From an uncultured virus (IMG/VR IMGVR_UViG_3300031612_000005) (taxonomy: Duplodnaviria; Heunggongvirae; Uroviricota; Caudoviricetes), in the IMG/VR virus record IMGVR_UViG_3300031612_000005: a stretch of 20,000 nt of DNA. One strand, given 5' to 3'. Below the pieces are notes generated by a model. It was not told the DNA's origin and made no database searches. It was given only the letters and a program-made list of their open reading frames with translations. The position numbers were made by a program, and so were the translations under genes. Of the stretch, positions 1-8,155 are shown in pieces (the first letter of the stretch is position 1; each line of letters begins with the position of its first letter).

Positions 1-388
1 AAGGAGAGGTGTAATAGCCTGCGGCTGCGTGACTTCTGTGATGTGGATGATAGGTCATTGTGCGAGTAGTGAACGGATCTACGTTGGGGAATAATGTAGT
101 ATCGATACCTAAATCGCGCAGAGTTGTTATCGGGGTTTCTTTAGTGAATGCAGTCTTGTACTGACCCGCTTTGATCTGACGTAATCGCTTGGTAAAATCG
201 TTCTCATACCAATGAACTTCTTTCGGATCACCTAACAATAATGCTTGACTGATTATTTCATCATTCAATAGTTTGTCGTTCTTGATACCACTTGATCGCT
301 CACTGTGTGCTGCGAATAGTAATTTTGTTCCGTCAAATACAGCCAAAGCAGCATCATGACTCCCTGCACAAATCCCCCATCTAATCAT
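1..388 (-). CDS. Carbamoyltransferase (NodU/CmcH family), N-terminal part, runs off window start
   Basis: Manual translation (not in ORF track): MIRWGICAGSHDAALAVFDGTKLLFAAHSERSSGIKND...HPHHRSHAAAGYYTSP. The HDAA, ER.S..K.D and HH.SHAA motifs are typical of the family. GAGG SD and a TATAAATA promoter lie upstream. Confidence 0.88.
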   Translation of the reverse strand, partial: MIRWGICAGSHDAALAVFDGTKLLFAAHSERSSGIKNDKLLNDEIISQALLLGDPKEVHWYENDFTKRLRQIKAGQYKTAFTKETPITTLRDLGIDTTLFPNVDPFTTRTMTYHPHHRSHAAAGYYTSP

Positions 389-409
389 TATTAATTCCTC
401 GTATGCGAC

Positions 410-417
410 TATTTATA
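410..417 (-). promoter_or_regulatory. T4-type late promoter TATAAATA(GTC)
   Basis: Exact TATAAATA on the minus strand about 20 nt upstream of the carbamoyltransferase start. Confidence 0.75.
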
Positions 418-1104
418 TTACGCATCTTTTCGTCCAATATAATACATTATTCCATCTACTACTTTGACCAGGTCTCCAGTGTGAAACCATCCGTCATGAA
501 TGCACGCATTGCTTTTTACTACTAATTCATCGTCGCTTACAAAGTATTCGCAATTAAACGTATCACCTAATACAGTTAGTCCATTGTAATCTTCTGCAAT
601 GTCGCCTGGGCGATATGTCTTGTTAATGACCACTGGACCAATTTCCGTCATTCCCCAATTAACAATAAATGTTGCACCTTTTTCAGTAAACGCATTTACA
701 GTACTAGCAGGCACTCTGTCGCTTCCGCATACAATAATCTTTCCATACAAATCTACTGCTTTCCACTGCTTTGTCTTTGTCAGCACTCTTGCCATTTTAG
801 GGGTCAAATGACTGTGTGTAAATGTTTCCATTTTGTCACACCATGTTCGTGCGTTAAACGTTTCAAACTCTACGTACGCACCTATTTCGTGTGCTGGAAG
901 TGTTTGCGCTAGTAACCCACCCGCATGTTCTAACTTGCATACAGTATATATTCTACTTTTATAGTCAATACTTTGTGTATTTCTGGCTAGTACATTAGAT
1001 ATGCTAATCTTTCGCGGACTTTGCCACAACTTCTTTGGTGGACCAGTTGATCCACTGCTAAACATCATATATCCTTCGTGTAAGCATCTGTCAAAGTCAA
1101 TCAT
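418..1104 (-). CDS. Short adenylate-forming (AMP-binding, acyl-CoA synthetase-like) protein
   Basis: FSSGSTGPPK P-loop, WGMTEIG, WFHTGD and terminal GRKD motifs. Only 228 aa and ends at the hinge. Confidence 0.8.
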   Translation of the reverse strand: MIDFDRCLHEGYMMFSSGSTGPPKKLWQSPRKISISNVLARNTQSIDYKSRIYTVCKLEHAGGLLAQTLPAHEIGAYVEFETFNARTWCDKMETFTHSHLTPKMARVLTKTKQWKAVDLYGKIIVCGSDRVPASTVNAFTEKGATFIVNWGMTEIGPVVINKTYRPGDIAEDYNGLTVLGDTFNCEYFVSDDELVVKSNACIHDGWFHTGDLVKVVDGIMYYIGRKDA

Positions 1105-1128
1105 CTTTTAATTCGTCTCGTACAACCT

Positions 1129-1419
1129 TCATTTAGTATCTGAATCAAGTTCATCTTTTAGTTTTTTCCAAAGTGGGTGGTTCGGTAGGAATCTATGTAG
1201 TCCAATTGTTTGATCGATAACTACTTCAAGTAGTTTAAAATCAAATAATGGAGGGAATATTGCATGTATGATACTAGCACATGCCATAAGCAACTGCTTA
1301 CCCGCCTCTCTAAATCCAGTATACATATGTTTAAAATAAAGTACTACGCCATTTTTACGCAATCCTCCATTATAATATTCTGCCATTCTTAAATGATTCC
1401 AACTAAACCAACCTTTCAT
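1129..1419 (-). CDS. Small protein resembling DUF6356 (Y..H ... IHAIFP.LF)
   Basis: YFKHM...ASIIHAIFPPLF motif. Start reassigned to 1419, which gives an ATGA overlap with the halogenase stop (ORF track: 1446). Confidence 0.55.
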   Translation of the reverse strand: MKGWFSWNHLRMAEYYNGGLRKNGVVLYFKHMYTGFREAGKQLLMACASIIHAIFPPLFDFKLLEVVIDQTIGLHRFLPNHPLWKKLKDELDSDTK

Positions 1420-2498
1420 AGCATGTTCTCTTTCAGTAAATTCCAACTGTGCTTGCCCATCAAACCTTGATGTCCTTCCTCGCTGTAAAAATCTATATCC
1501 TTTATTGCTTGTTCGCGATTAGTTTTATAATAATCCCAATATTCTCCAGTGCATGTATTACAACTATATAATGCTTTAATCCATTTGTGTATACCATTAT
1601 ATGTTTTGTTAATCAATCTATTATAAATTGCTGGGTTATCTTCTAGTAGTAAAAAGTTTTTTATTCCACTTTGTGCTGCAAAGTTTGCTGTAGCATTCAA
1701 TGGTTCAATAAATCCTGCACTGAGTCCTAAGAACAATACATTATCTTTCCATGCTTGTTCTGGAATGCGGGTCTCAAAATTTATTACAGTTTCATGCTTT
1801 ATACCTGTGTACTTTTCGAACTCTGCAATAGCATCTTCAACCGTTTGATATTGTGAACTAAATACATACCCATGACTCATTCGCGACTGTAAACTAATAC
1901 TCCATAACCACCCGTTGCTCATTGTCTGTGAATGTGTATAAGGCACGTAACTTGTTTTGTCGTTTCCTATTACAGCATAATCATTTATTAGGAAATCACT
2001 TGTATTATGCACAATCCCAACTTGTTCTGATAGCACTCCATTTTGTCCAGTTGCATCAATATAAAATTCTTCTTTAGTATACTGATCTTTTGTAAACTTA
2101 GAATTTATAATTCTAAAATTATCTTGTTGCTCACACCATTCTTGTAGCACTTCGCAGAATCCAGGTGCGTCTATGTGATATGCATATGTTTGATGTCTAT
2201 CAGTTGTTGTACTGTCTGGCTCATTGGCAAAAAAATACATCCAACTGTTCGCATCTTTCCATCCACTAAACATTGTTCCGTATTTGAAATAACCATTTAC
2301 TCTATTTAAGAATTCCTGATCACTCATGCCCATAAGACGAGGTATTTCATTTATTGTAGGTACTGTGCTTTCACCAACCTTGCGAATATCTACGCTAGGA
2401 TCTTTATAGAGAGTAACTGGTTTATCTGCTTTTAACAAGTATAAACATGCAATCCATCCTGTTGTTCCTGCGCCTATTACGTTATACATGTTATGCAT
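1416..2498 (-). CDS. Flavin-dependent halogenase-like protein (tryptophan halogenase family)
   Basis: GAGTTG FAD-binding motif, VGEST.P, FK (catalytic Lys position), AYHID, IDATG, GWLWSI (WxWxIP-like), SAGFIEPL. Confidence 0.85.
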   Translation of the reverse strand: MHNMYNVIGAGTTGWIACLYLLKADKPVTLYKDPSVDIRKVGESTVPTINEIPRLMGMSDQEFLNRVNGYFKYGTMFSGWKDANSWMYFFANEPDSTTTDRHQTYAYHIDAPGFCEVLQEWCEQQDNFRIINSKFTKDQYTKEEFYIDATGQNGVLSEQVGIVHNTSDFLINDYAVIGNDKTSYVPYTHSQTMSNGWLWSISLQSRMSHGYVFSSQYQTVEDAIAEFEKYTGIKHETVINFETRIPEQAWKDNVLFLGLSAGFIEPLNATANFAAQSGIKNFLLLEDNPAIYNRLINKTYNGIHKWIKALYSCNTCTGEYWDYYKTNREQAIKDIDFYSEEGHQGLMGKHSWNLLKENML

Positions 2499-3012
2499 AT
2501 CTACTCCTTATTTCAAAATATTTATCGTTGTTTAGTTTCCAAACACTTTGTTTCACATAAAATAGTTCTTCATCACCCACGTATTCAACCATGTCGCCTT
2601 TAGCCATCACTGCAAAACTCTTATGTATTCTATTCATTCTTCCACTTTCATCGTTGCTTACATTGGTAGTGATATATATAGGTTTACCGTTTGCAAATTG
2701 TATCTGCAATGGTAAATGATCATATATTCCCCAACTTTGCATTTGGTATCTGCTAAGTCCCTTGATTGGACGAGACTGTAGTTGTGCACCTCTAAACAAC
2801 GCACGATATCCATCTTTGAATGGATGAATGCCACTAACACTTATAATTTCACCATTGGTATCGTGTGTAGCATACCACTGACCACCTTGATCTATGCACC
2901 ATTCAAATTTCATATGCTTTAAAGATATATTGTTTTTATAGTCTCTGTCGACGCATTGTTTTATGAAATTAATTAATTCAGGTGAACATGTTGATATTTC
3001 TTTTGTAATCAT
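2491..3012 (-). CDS. Hypothetical protein, possibly GNAT-like fold
   Basis: 173-aa ORF with an 8-nt overlap to the halogenase; 'GEIISVSGIHPF..GYRALFRG' strand pattern. First gene after a late promoter. Confidence 0.45.
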   Translation of the reverse strand: MITKEISTCSPELINFIKQCVDRDYKNNISLKHMKFEWCIDQGGQWYATHDTNGEIISVSGIHPFKDGYRALFRGAQLQSRPIKGLSRYQMQSWGIYDHLPLQIQFANGKPIYITTNVSNDESGRMNRIHKSFAVMAKGDMVEYVGDEELFYVKQSVWKLNNDKYFEIRSRYA

Positions 3013-3037
3013 TATTAAGCTCTTCCTTGTATACGAC

Positions 3038-3045
3038 TATTTATA
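3038..3045 (-). promoter_or_regulatory. T4-type late promoter TATAAATA(GTC)
   Basis: Exact octamer upstream of the AGGA SD and start at 3012. Confidence 0.75.
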
Positions 3046-3050
3046 CTCTC

Positions 3051-3461
3051 TTAAATATGAGGACTCCAACGATACCAAGTTGGCTTCTCGCTAATACGAT
3101 ATGCAATGCGCTCACGTATAATGTCTAGCGCATCTGGTGTAGGTGTGTAAGACTTGTATAGTTCGGTTGGGAACTGCCATGATTTAAATACTCTAGCAGG
3201 ATCAGGATTCATTCCACGCAAAATCATTTCTACACGAATATCATCGTACCTATCTGATAGATACTTACCCTTATCATAAAAGAACTTGACATGACCTGTA
3301 TTCAAAGTGAATATCTTAGGCAGTGTTACTTTAGTTGTTGTCCAATTCTTACTAACGATTGAACGCTGTAACGATGAACCGACCATAAAGATTTCTCTAT
3401 ACTCTGCAACTAAATGCTGATCGGCTAACTCACTAGGTGGTACAAGATTAATACGCGTCAT
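3051..3461 (-). CDS. denV: Pyrimidine dimer DNA glycosylase / endonuclease V
   Basis: MTRINLV...LADQHLVAEYRE, FTLNTGHVKFFYDK, KPTWY. Start placed at MTRIN so that Thr2 is the nucleophile. Confidence 0.95.
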   Translation of the reverse strand: MTRINLVPPSELADQHLVAEYREIFMVGSSLQRSIVSKNWTTTKVTLPKIFTLNTGHVKFFYDKGKYLSDRYDDIRVEMILRGMNPDPARVFKSWQFPTELYKSYTPTPDALDIIRERIAYRISEKPTWYRWSPHI

Positions 3462-3490
3462 TATCATTCCAATAATTAATTTATAAAACT

Positions 3491-3520
3491 ATTATACCAC
3501 CAATATACCTTACTTGTCAA
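3491..3520 (-). promoter_or_regulatory. sigma70-like early promoter
   Basis: TTGACA AGTAAGG... 18-bp spacer, TATAAT upstream of denV. Confidence 0.7.
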
Positions 3521-3537
3521 TAGTTAATTTAAGATCA

Positions 3538-3720
3538 CTAAAACATTCCATGATCACGGCGTTGATTTAAACACCACTCTTTATAATCCAATAACTTGTC
3601 TTTGTTCTTTTTCCTTTTACAATACTCTTGATATTCTTTATCATTTTCAGCAATAGGAAGACTTTTATGTTTACCTTTATAGAATTGACTACCACCATTC
3701 CACGGATTACTATATCTCAT
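3538..3720 (-). CDS. Hypothetical basic 60-aa protein
   Basis: ORF with GAGG SD right after the ligase stop. Confidence 0.6.
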   Translation of the reverse strand: MRYSNPWNGGSQFYKGKHKSLPIAENDKEYQEYCKRKKNKDKLLDYKEWCLNQRRDHGMF

Positions 3721-3726
3721 ATTACC

Positions 3727-4818
3727 TCAATCTTTTCTTTCGCCAAAGCCATGATCAATCATTACACCAAAACGCAACTTACCATCTGGTGTGAACCCAA
3801 AGTATCTAATCGTTGCCCAATCAGGCTTATCACCATTCAATAACGTTGCCATCTGTGCTTGGGTCCCACGACAACCCGCTTCGGATGTAGTACCATCTGA
3901 CAATGCAATTACAATCTTCTTTGCACAACCAGACCAATTACCTTTTCCTTCAAGTACTTCTACTACATCAAATTCATCTGTAACAAACTCTTTACGCTTC
4001 AATAAATTCTTTGACCGCTTGTTCTCATATTGACCATCAAGACGAACCATCTGACCTTCATACCCATTCTCTAGGTAGTCACCATAGGTATCATTCAATT
4101 GATCTTGTGTATCAATAATAGTAGTAGGCACTGCTTGAATGCACTGATCGTTAATCAAGATGTTAACAACATCATGATATGACCTCGTCCTAGATTCAAA
4201 TGTATCTTCTTCATATATATCATATACATGATACTGAACTAACTTCTTTGATTCTACTAAATCATCTGCACTCGGCTTTGCTTTGCGTACCAATGAAACA
4301 ATCTTATTGAAATCATCTTTGAGTTCATGGTTGTATAACTCACCATCTAATACTAGATCAGGCGTCTCTTCAAATAATGGCGCTAATGCTTCCCAGATAT
4401 GAGGTATGGAAATATGCTGTTTACCTGATCGTGACCACAAACCATCTCTGCGTGCGATACAACGAATACCATCTAACTTAGGTTGCGAGTATACTGGGAA
4501 CTGTACGGGCTTCTTTAACTTAGCATAATCAGCAGCAAGCATAGGTTTAAACAAATGAAAATTATCAATATCTTCTATGTTAGTGAAATACTCTTTCTCT
4601 AATTGTTTATTATGTTTTGCAAGTGCTTCCGCAAGTGCTTGTTCATGTCCTGTAGTTGCATTTGCCTTACCTACATTCTTTGCATCACTCTTGCGCCAGC
4701 CCGATGTAACCAATGTACCATTATGAATACCAGCCACCGTTCGCCATTGGTCATCTTCAACTTCTGTGACCCAACTTCTTACGTTGCCTTTTGTATCACG
4801 TTTATATAATGTAGTCAC
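3727..4818 (-). CDS. ATP-dependent DNA ligase
   Basis: KPMLA, QPKLDGIRC (motif I), LDGELY (III), YHVYD (IIIa), YEGQMVR (IV), LLKRK (V), LRFG (VI). GTG start with GAGG SD. Confidence 0.95.
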   Translation of the reverse strand: MTTLYKRDTKGNVRSWVTEVEDDQWRTVAGIHNGTLVTSGWRKSDAKNVGKANATTGHEQALAEALAKHNKQLEKEYFTNIEDIDNFHLFKPMLAADYAKLKKPVQFPVYSQPKLDGIRCIARRDGLWSRSGKQHISIPHIWEALAPLFEETPDLVLDGELYNHELKDDFNKIVSLVRKAKPSADDLVESKKLVQYHVYDIYEEDTFESRTRSYHDVVNILINDQCIQAVPTTIIDTQDQLNDTYGDYLENGYEGQMVRLDGQYENKRSKNLLKRKEFVTDEFDVVEVLEGKGNWSGCAKKIVIALSDGTTSEAGCRGTQAQMATLLNGDKPDWATIRYFGFTPDGKLRFGVMIDHGFGERKD

Positions 4819-4819
4819 T

Positions 4820-5083
4820 TTAAATTTCCTCTGCTATTAATGCTTCTAAGTCGGTTGCCTCTAACATGTATTCAACTGCATCTGCTCTAGTGCTAAATCC
4901 TTTAACACTAGATAGTGCGGTAGGCATACTGTGCCACACGACACATGACCATGTTCGGTTGCGCATGTGAAATAATTGACCGATAAAATGATTATCAAGA
5001 TAAAAATTTGAGACAAACTTATCGTTGCCTACTTTCTTGTATCTGTAATCTAAGACTTGACCATTGACAACTCTACTGTCCAT
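4820..5083 (-). CDS. Hypothetical protein
   Basis: 87-aa ORF, GAGG SD, tightly packed in the operon. Confidence 0.7.
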   Translation of the reverse strand: MDSRVVNGQVLDYRYKKVGNDKFVSNFYLDNHFIGQLFHMRNRTWSCVVWHSMPTALSSVKGFSTRADAVEYMLEATDLEALIAEEI

Positions 5084-5095
5084 ACTAACCTCTAC

Positions 5096-5407
5096 TTAAT
5101 AATCATTGAAGTCGGGATAACCACCATCATCGGAATAATACGGTTGGTTGAAATTAGGATCATCTTCGCCCGTAACTTCTGTAATCTCTGGGATAAAATG
5201 CATTAATGTATTCTCAATACCCATCTTCAACGTTGCTGCACTACTCGCACATCCACTACAACTACCACTTAGTTGGGTACTCAATATACCAGTGTTCATA
5301 TCAAATCCTAGTACATTCACCTTACCACCATGTGCGGCAACATTAGGTGTCACATACTTTGTCATTACTTCTTCAATATTTGTTAAAATCTCTTCTTTAG
5401 TTCTCAT
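5096..5407 (-). CDS. Nfu/NifU C-terminal-type Fe-S cluster carrier
   Basis: P.VAAHGG.V, LSGSCSGCASSAATLKMGIE (CxxC) motif of the NifU/Nfu domain. Confidence 0.9.
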   Translation of the reverse strand: MRTKEEILTNIEEVMTKYVTPNVAAHGGKVNVLGFDMNTGILSTQLSGSCSGCASSAATLKMGIENTLMHFIPEITEVTGEDDPNFNQPYYSDDGGYPDFNDY

Positions 5408-5434
5408 TATACTCTCTCTCTCTTTTATTTCAAT

Positions 5435-5605
5435 TTATGCTGCTACCCATGCTGGAAGCATTGGTTGCGATGGTTCATCTGTTACTAATGTTAACTTAGG
5501 CTTGCCTACTACACGACCGTCATATAAGCGAGCATTCATCTCTGCCATTCCACGTATATAAAACATTTGCTCAGTACCATCACTGTAAATTACTGTATAT
5601 TTCAT
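5435..5605 (-). CDS. Hypothetical 56-aa protein
   Basis: Manual translation MKYTVIYSDGTEQMFYIRGMAEMNARLYDGRVVGKPKLTLVTDEPSQPMLPAWVAA. AGGA SD; directly downstream of an early promoter. Confidence 0.65.
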   Translation of the reverse strand: MKYTVIYSDGTEQMFYIRGMAEMNARLYDGRVVGKPKLTLVTDEPSQPMLPAWVAA

Positions 5606-5636
5606 CACATGCTTCCTGTCATTAATTTATATATTA

Positions 5637-5665
5637 ATTATACAGCAATACACATTACATGTCAA
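5637..5665 (-). promoter_or_regulatory. sigma70-like early promoter
   Basis: TTGACA-17bp-TATAAT on the minus strand. Confidence 0.7.
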
Positions 5666-5687
5666 GATTAATACATAATTAAATCAA

Positions 5688-5695
5688 TATAAATA
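5688..5695 (+). promoter_or_regulatory. T4-type late promoter TATAAATA(GTC)
   Basis: Exact octamer upstream of the plus-strand operon at 5738. Confidence 0.75.
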
Positions 5696-5703
5696 GTCTT
5701 ATA

Positions 5704-5747
5704 ATAGGAATTAATAAATGAATATAGGAATTAATAAATGAATATAG
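5704..5747 (+). repeat. 20-bp perfect tandem duplication of the RBS/start (ATAGGAATTAATAAATGAAT x2)
   Basis: 5704-5723 is identical to 5724-5743, followed by a partial third copy ATAG. Confidence 0.9.
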
Positions 5748-6307
5748 CGATTACTCAACGTGTAATTGACTTTCGTAACGGACCTTATGATAGTATCGAC
5801 CACGGCTTCTATGACATGTTCGCAGGTCATACATTATACCCAATACCAAATAACTTAAAACACTTTAATACTGACGCAATAATTAATTGTGACATCATCG
5901 TGTTCTCTGGCGGCAATAGCATGATGTCAGATAATTGGCAATATAATAACATACGATTGCAAATAGAAAAACAAACACTAGACATCGCTAGACTACACAA
6001 TAAACCCATACTAGGCATCAGTAGAGGAACACAATTCCTCACCATGCAACTGGGTGGTGACATTAAACCAAACGATAACCATACAGAAAATCATACTATA
6101 TGCTACAATAATCGTAGCATAAATGTGCATAGCAGACACGAGGAAGTATTAAATAGTATTCCAATCGGTGCAACTTGTCTTGCTACAGATACCGAAGGAT
6201 ACTGTGAAAGTTGGATAATGGATAATATAGTAACAGTACTATGGCATCCAGAACGAATGAAATCACACGGGCTTCCCAATGAAGCATATAACATATTAGG
6301 ATTATAA
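5738..6307 (+). CDS. Class I glutamine amidotransferase-like / gamma-glutamyl hydrolase (peptidase C26-like)
   Basis: ITQR N-terminus, FSGGN, KPILGISRG.Q, VHSRH, WHPE. The nucleophile position is Ser, not Cys. Confidence 0.85.
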   Translation: MNIAITQRVIDFRNGPYDSIDHGFYDMFAGHTLYPIPNNLKHFNTDAIINCDIIVFSGGNSMMSDNWQYNNIRLQIEKQTLDIARLHNKPILGISRGTQFLTMQLGGDIKPNDNHTENHTICYNNRSINVHSRHEEVLNSIPIGATCLATDTEGYCESWIMDNIVTVLWHPERMKSHGLPNEAYNILGL

Positions 6308-6322
6308 ACAGGAATCAATATT

Positions 6323-7261
6323 ATGAAAATAACAATATGCATATCTGGCGAGACCCGCGACTGGAACAACTACCCATCTAAAAATTTAGGATACTTTATT
6401 ACACGCTTAAAAGATTTTGGACATCAAGTGAAAGTAGTAGGACATACGTGGTCACATTGCGAAGTACCTTTACAACACCACGTGACGTTTGATAAACTTG
6501 TAATCGATGATCAGGCAATGATAGAAGAATGGGTCAAGGAAGATTGGATGCACCGACTTTCTATTAGTGATTTGGTTGCTGAAAGATTCGACTACCATGG
6601 ACGGGAAAGTCATGAGTTTAACACATTTGAATATGACAACCTATCTAAGGATGATCAATACGAACTCGCATATGGATGTCGTCATGCATATGGACAACAT
6701 ATTTCCGGATATAAATCTTTTCAATTGGCAGACAATGATGCTCACCTGTATATCAGATGGAGATGGGATATTATCTTTAATAAACTTCAAATAGGTGTAA
6801 TAGAAGATGAATACAAAGATAATATAGATTATTGGATGCACTATTTAAACGACCTATTCGAACAATGTGCAATGTTAACGGGATCATCAAGCGACGGAAT
6901 CGATGTGCATTTCGGCGGATCTACTATTGTTCATGCAGTGAATAGTGTATGCGTCGATGATACATTCTTTGCATTCACCTCACGCGCAAAAGAGCGTATA
7001 GATCTTTTAGATATATTTGATGCAATACATGAATACTCTAACGTAAACGACAATGTGCTTAACAGAGAAGTATATCATACATTGTGGACATATATAATGA
7101 CCCAATATCCTGAACTAGACGGATCATGTAGTCTACCAGCATGTGTACGTGCGACATATAGACCAGCACGTTTTCAGTTGAAAATAGATGAAGCAAATCG
7201 CAATCAAATGAAAATAGACGAATTACACGAAGAAGCATTGCTAATAGATGCAAAAATGTAA
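6323..7261 (+). CDS. Putative glycosyltransferase-like protein, paralog 1
   Basis: MKI.ICISG.TR, VVGHTW, Y.RWRWD, VDD.FF motifs shared with the downstream paralogs. Confidence 0.6.
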   Translation: MKITICISGETRDWNNYPSKNLGYFITRLKDFGHQVKVVGHTWSHCEVPLQHHVTFDKLVIDDQAMIEEWVKEDWMHRLSISDLVAERFDYHGRESHEFNTFEYDNLSKDDQYELAYGCRHAYGQHISGYKSFQLADNDAHLYIRWRWDIIFNKLQIGVIEDEYKDNIDYWMHYLNDLFEQCAMLTGSSSDGIDVHFGGSTIVHAVNSVCVDDTFFAFTSRAKERIDLLDIFDAIHEYSNVNDNVLNREVYHTLWTYIMTQYPELDGSCSLPACVRATYRPARFQLKIDEANRNQMKIDELHEEALLIDAKM

Positions 7262-8151
7262 TGAAAATATCCATCTGCGTATCAGGTCAGACTAGATCTT
7301 GGAATGATCATCCATCTAATAATTTACAGTATTTCATTTCCGTGTTAGAACAAATGGGACATACTGTAAATGTAGTAGGCCATACTTGGGATAATTGCGA
7401 TACACCAACACAAGATCTTGTACAATTTAAAAATATAGAATTAAATAACTCGTCGATGATTGATGATTGGATTAAACAAGATTGGCATAACCGTGTCATA
7501 ATCGATAATGATCTATGCGATTATTTTGAGTATGCACCACAAAATAATAATAATGATGATACAGATTTCCCACCACGAGATGATATGGCTTATGATCGTA
7601 TACCAGAATACATACGAAACGATATGCTGGAATGGTCACGCAATGAATACGCACAACACATTTCTGGATGGAAATCATTCCAACTAGCCGACAGTGACTC
7701 AGATATATATTTACGATGGCGATGGGATCTTATCTTTAATACACTCAATCGGTTCGTGGACGAAGACGATTACAAAAATAATATAAATTACTGGACTGAT
7801 CACCTAAATGATTTGTTTACATACGCATCTAATCACATGACAGCCGATTTCTATTTTTGCGGGTCTTCAGTTTTATTGACTGATGGAGAAGCAATTGTAG
7901 ACGATCAATACTTTATATTCACAAATAAAGCAAAGCAAAAAATAGATAATATCGATATATTTGAAGCCATAGATGCATATGCTGTAATTAATGACAATTC
8001 TATGACTCGAACAGCAGAACAACATTTATGGAGATTTATTAATATTGGATTAACCGAACTATCAGGACTTAACATGCTTCCACCTATTGCACGTACCACA
8101 TACAGTCCTCATAGAGGCAACCGACCACAACGTAAATACGCCAAGGAATAA
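7261..8151 (+). CDS. Putative glycosyltransferase-like protein, paralog 2
   Basis: Same motifs; TAATG stop-start overlap with paralog 1. Confidence 0.6.
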   Translation: MKISICVSGQTRSWNDHPSNNLQYFISVLEQMGHTVNVVGHTWDNCDTPTQDLVQFKNIELNNSSMIDDWIKQDWHNRVIIDNDLCDYFEYAPQNNNNDDTDFPPRDDMAYDRIPEYIRNDMLEWSRNEYAQHISGWKSFQLADSDSDIYLRWRWDLIFNTLNRFVDEDDYKNNINYWTDHLNDLFTYASNHMTADFYFCGSSVLLTDGEAIVDDQYFIFTNKAKQKIDNIDIFEAIDAYAVINDNSMTRTAEQHLWRFINIGLTELSGLNMLPPIARTTYSPHRGNRPQRKYAKE

Positions 8152-8155
8152 TTAA

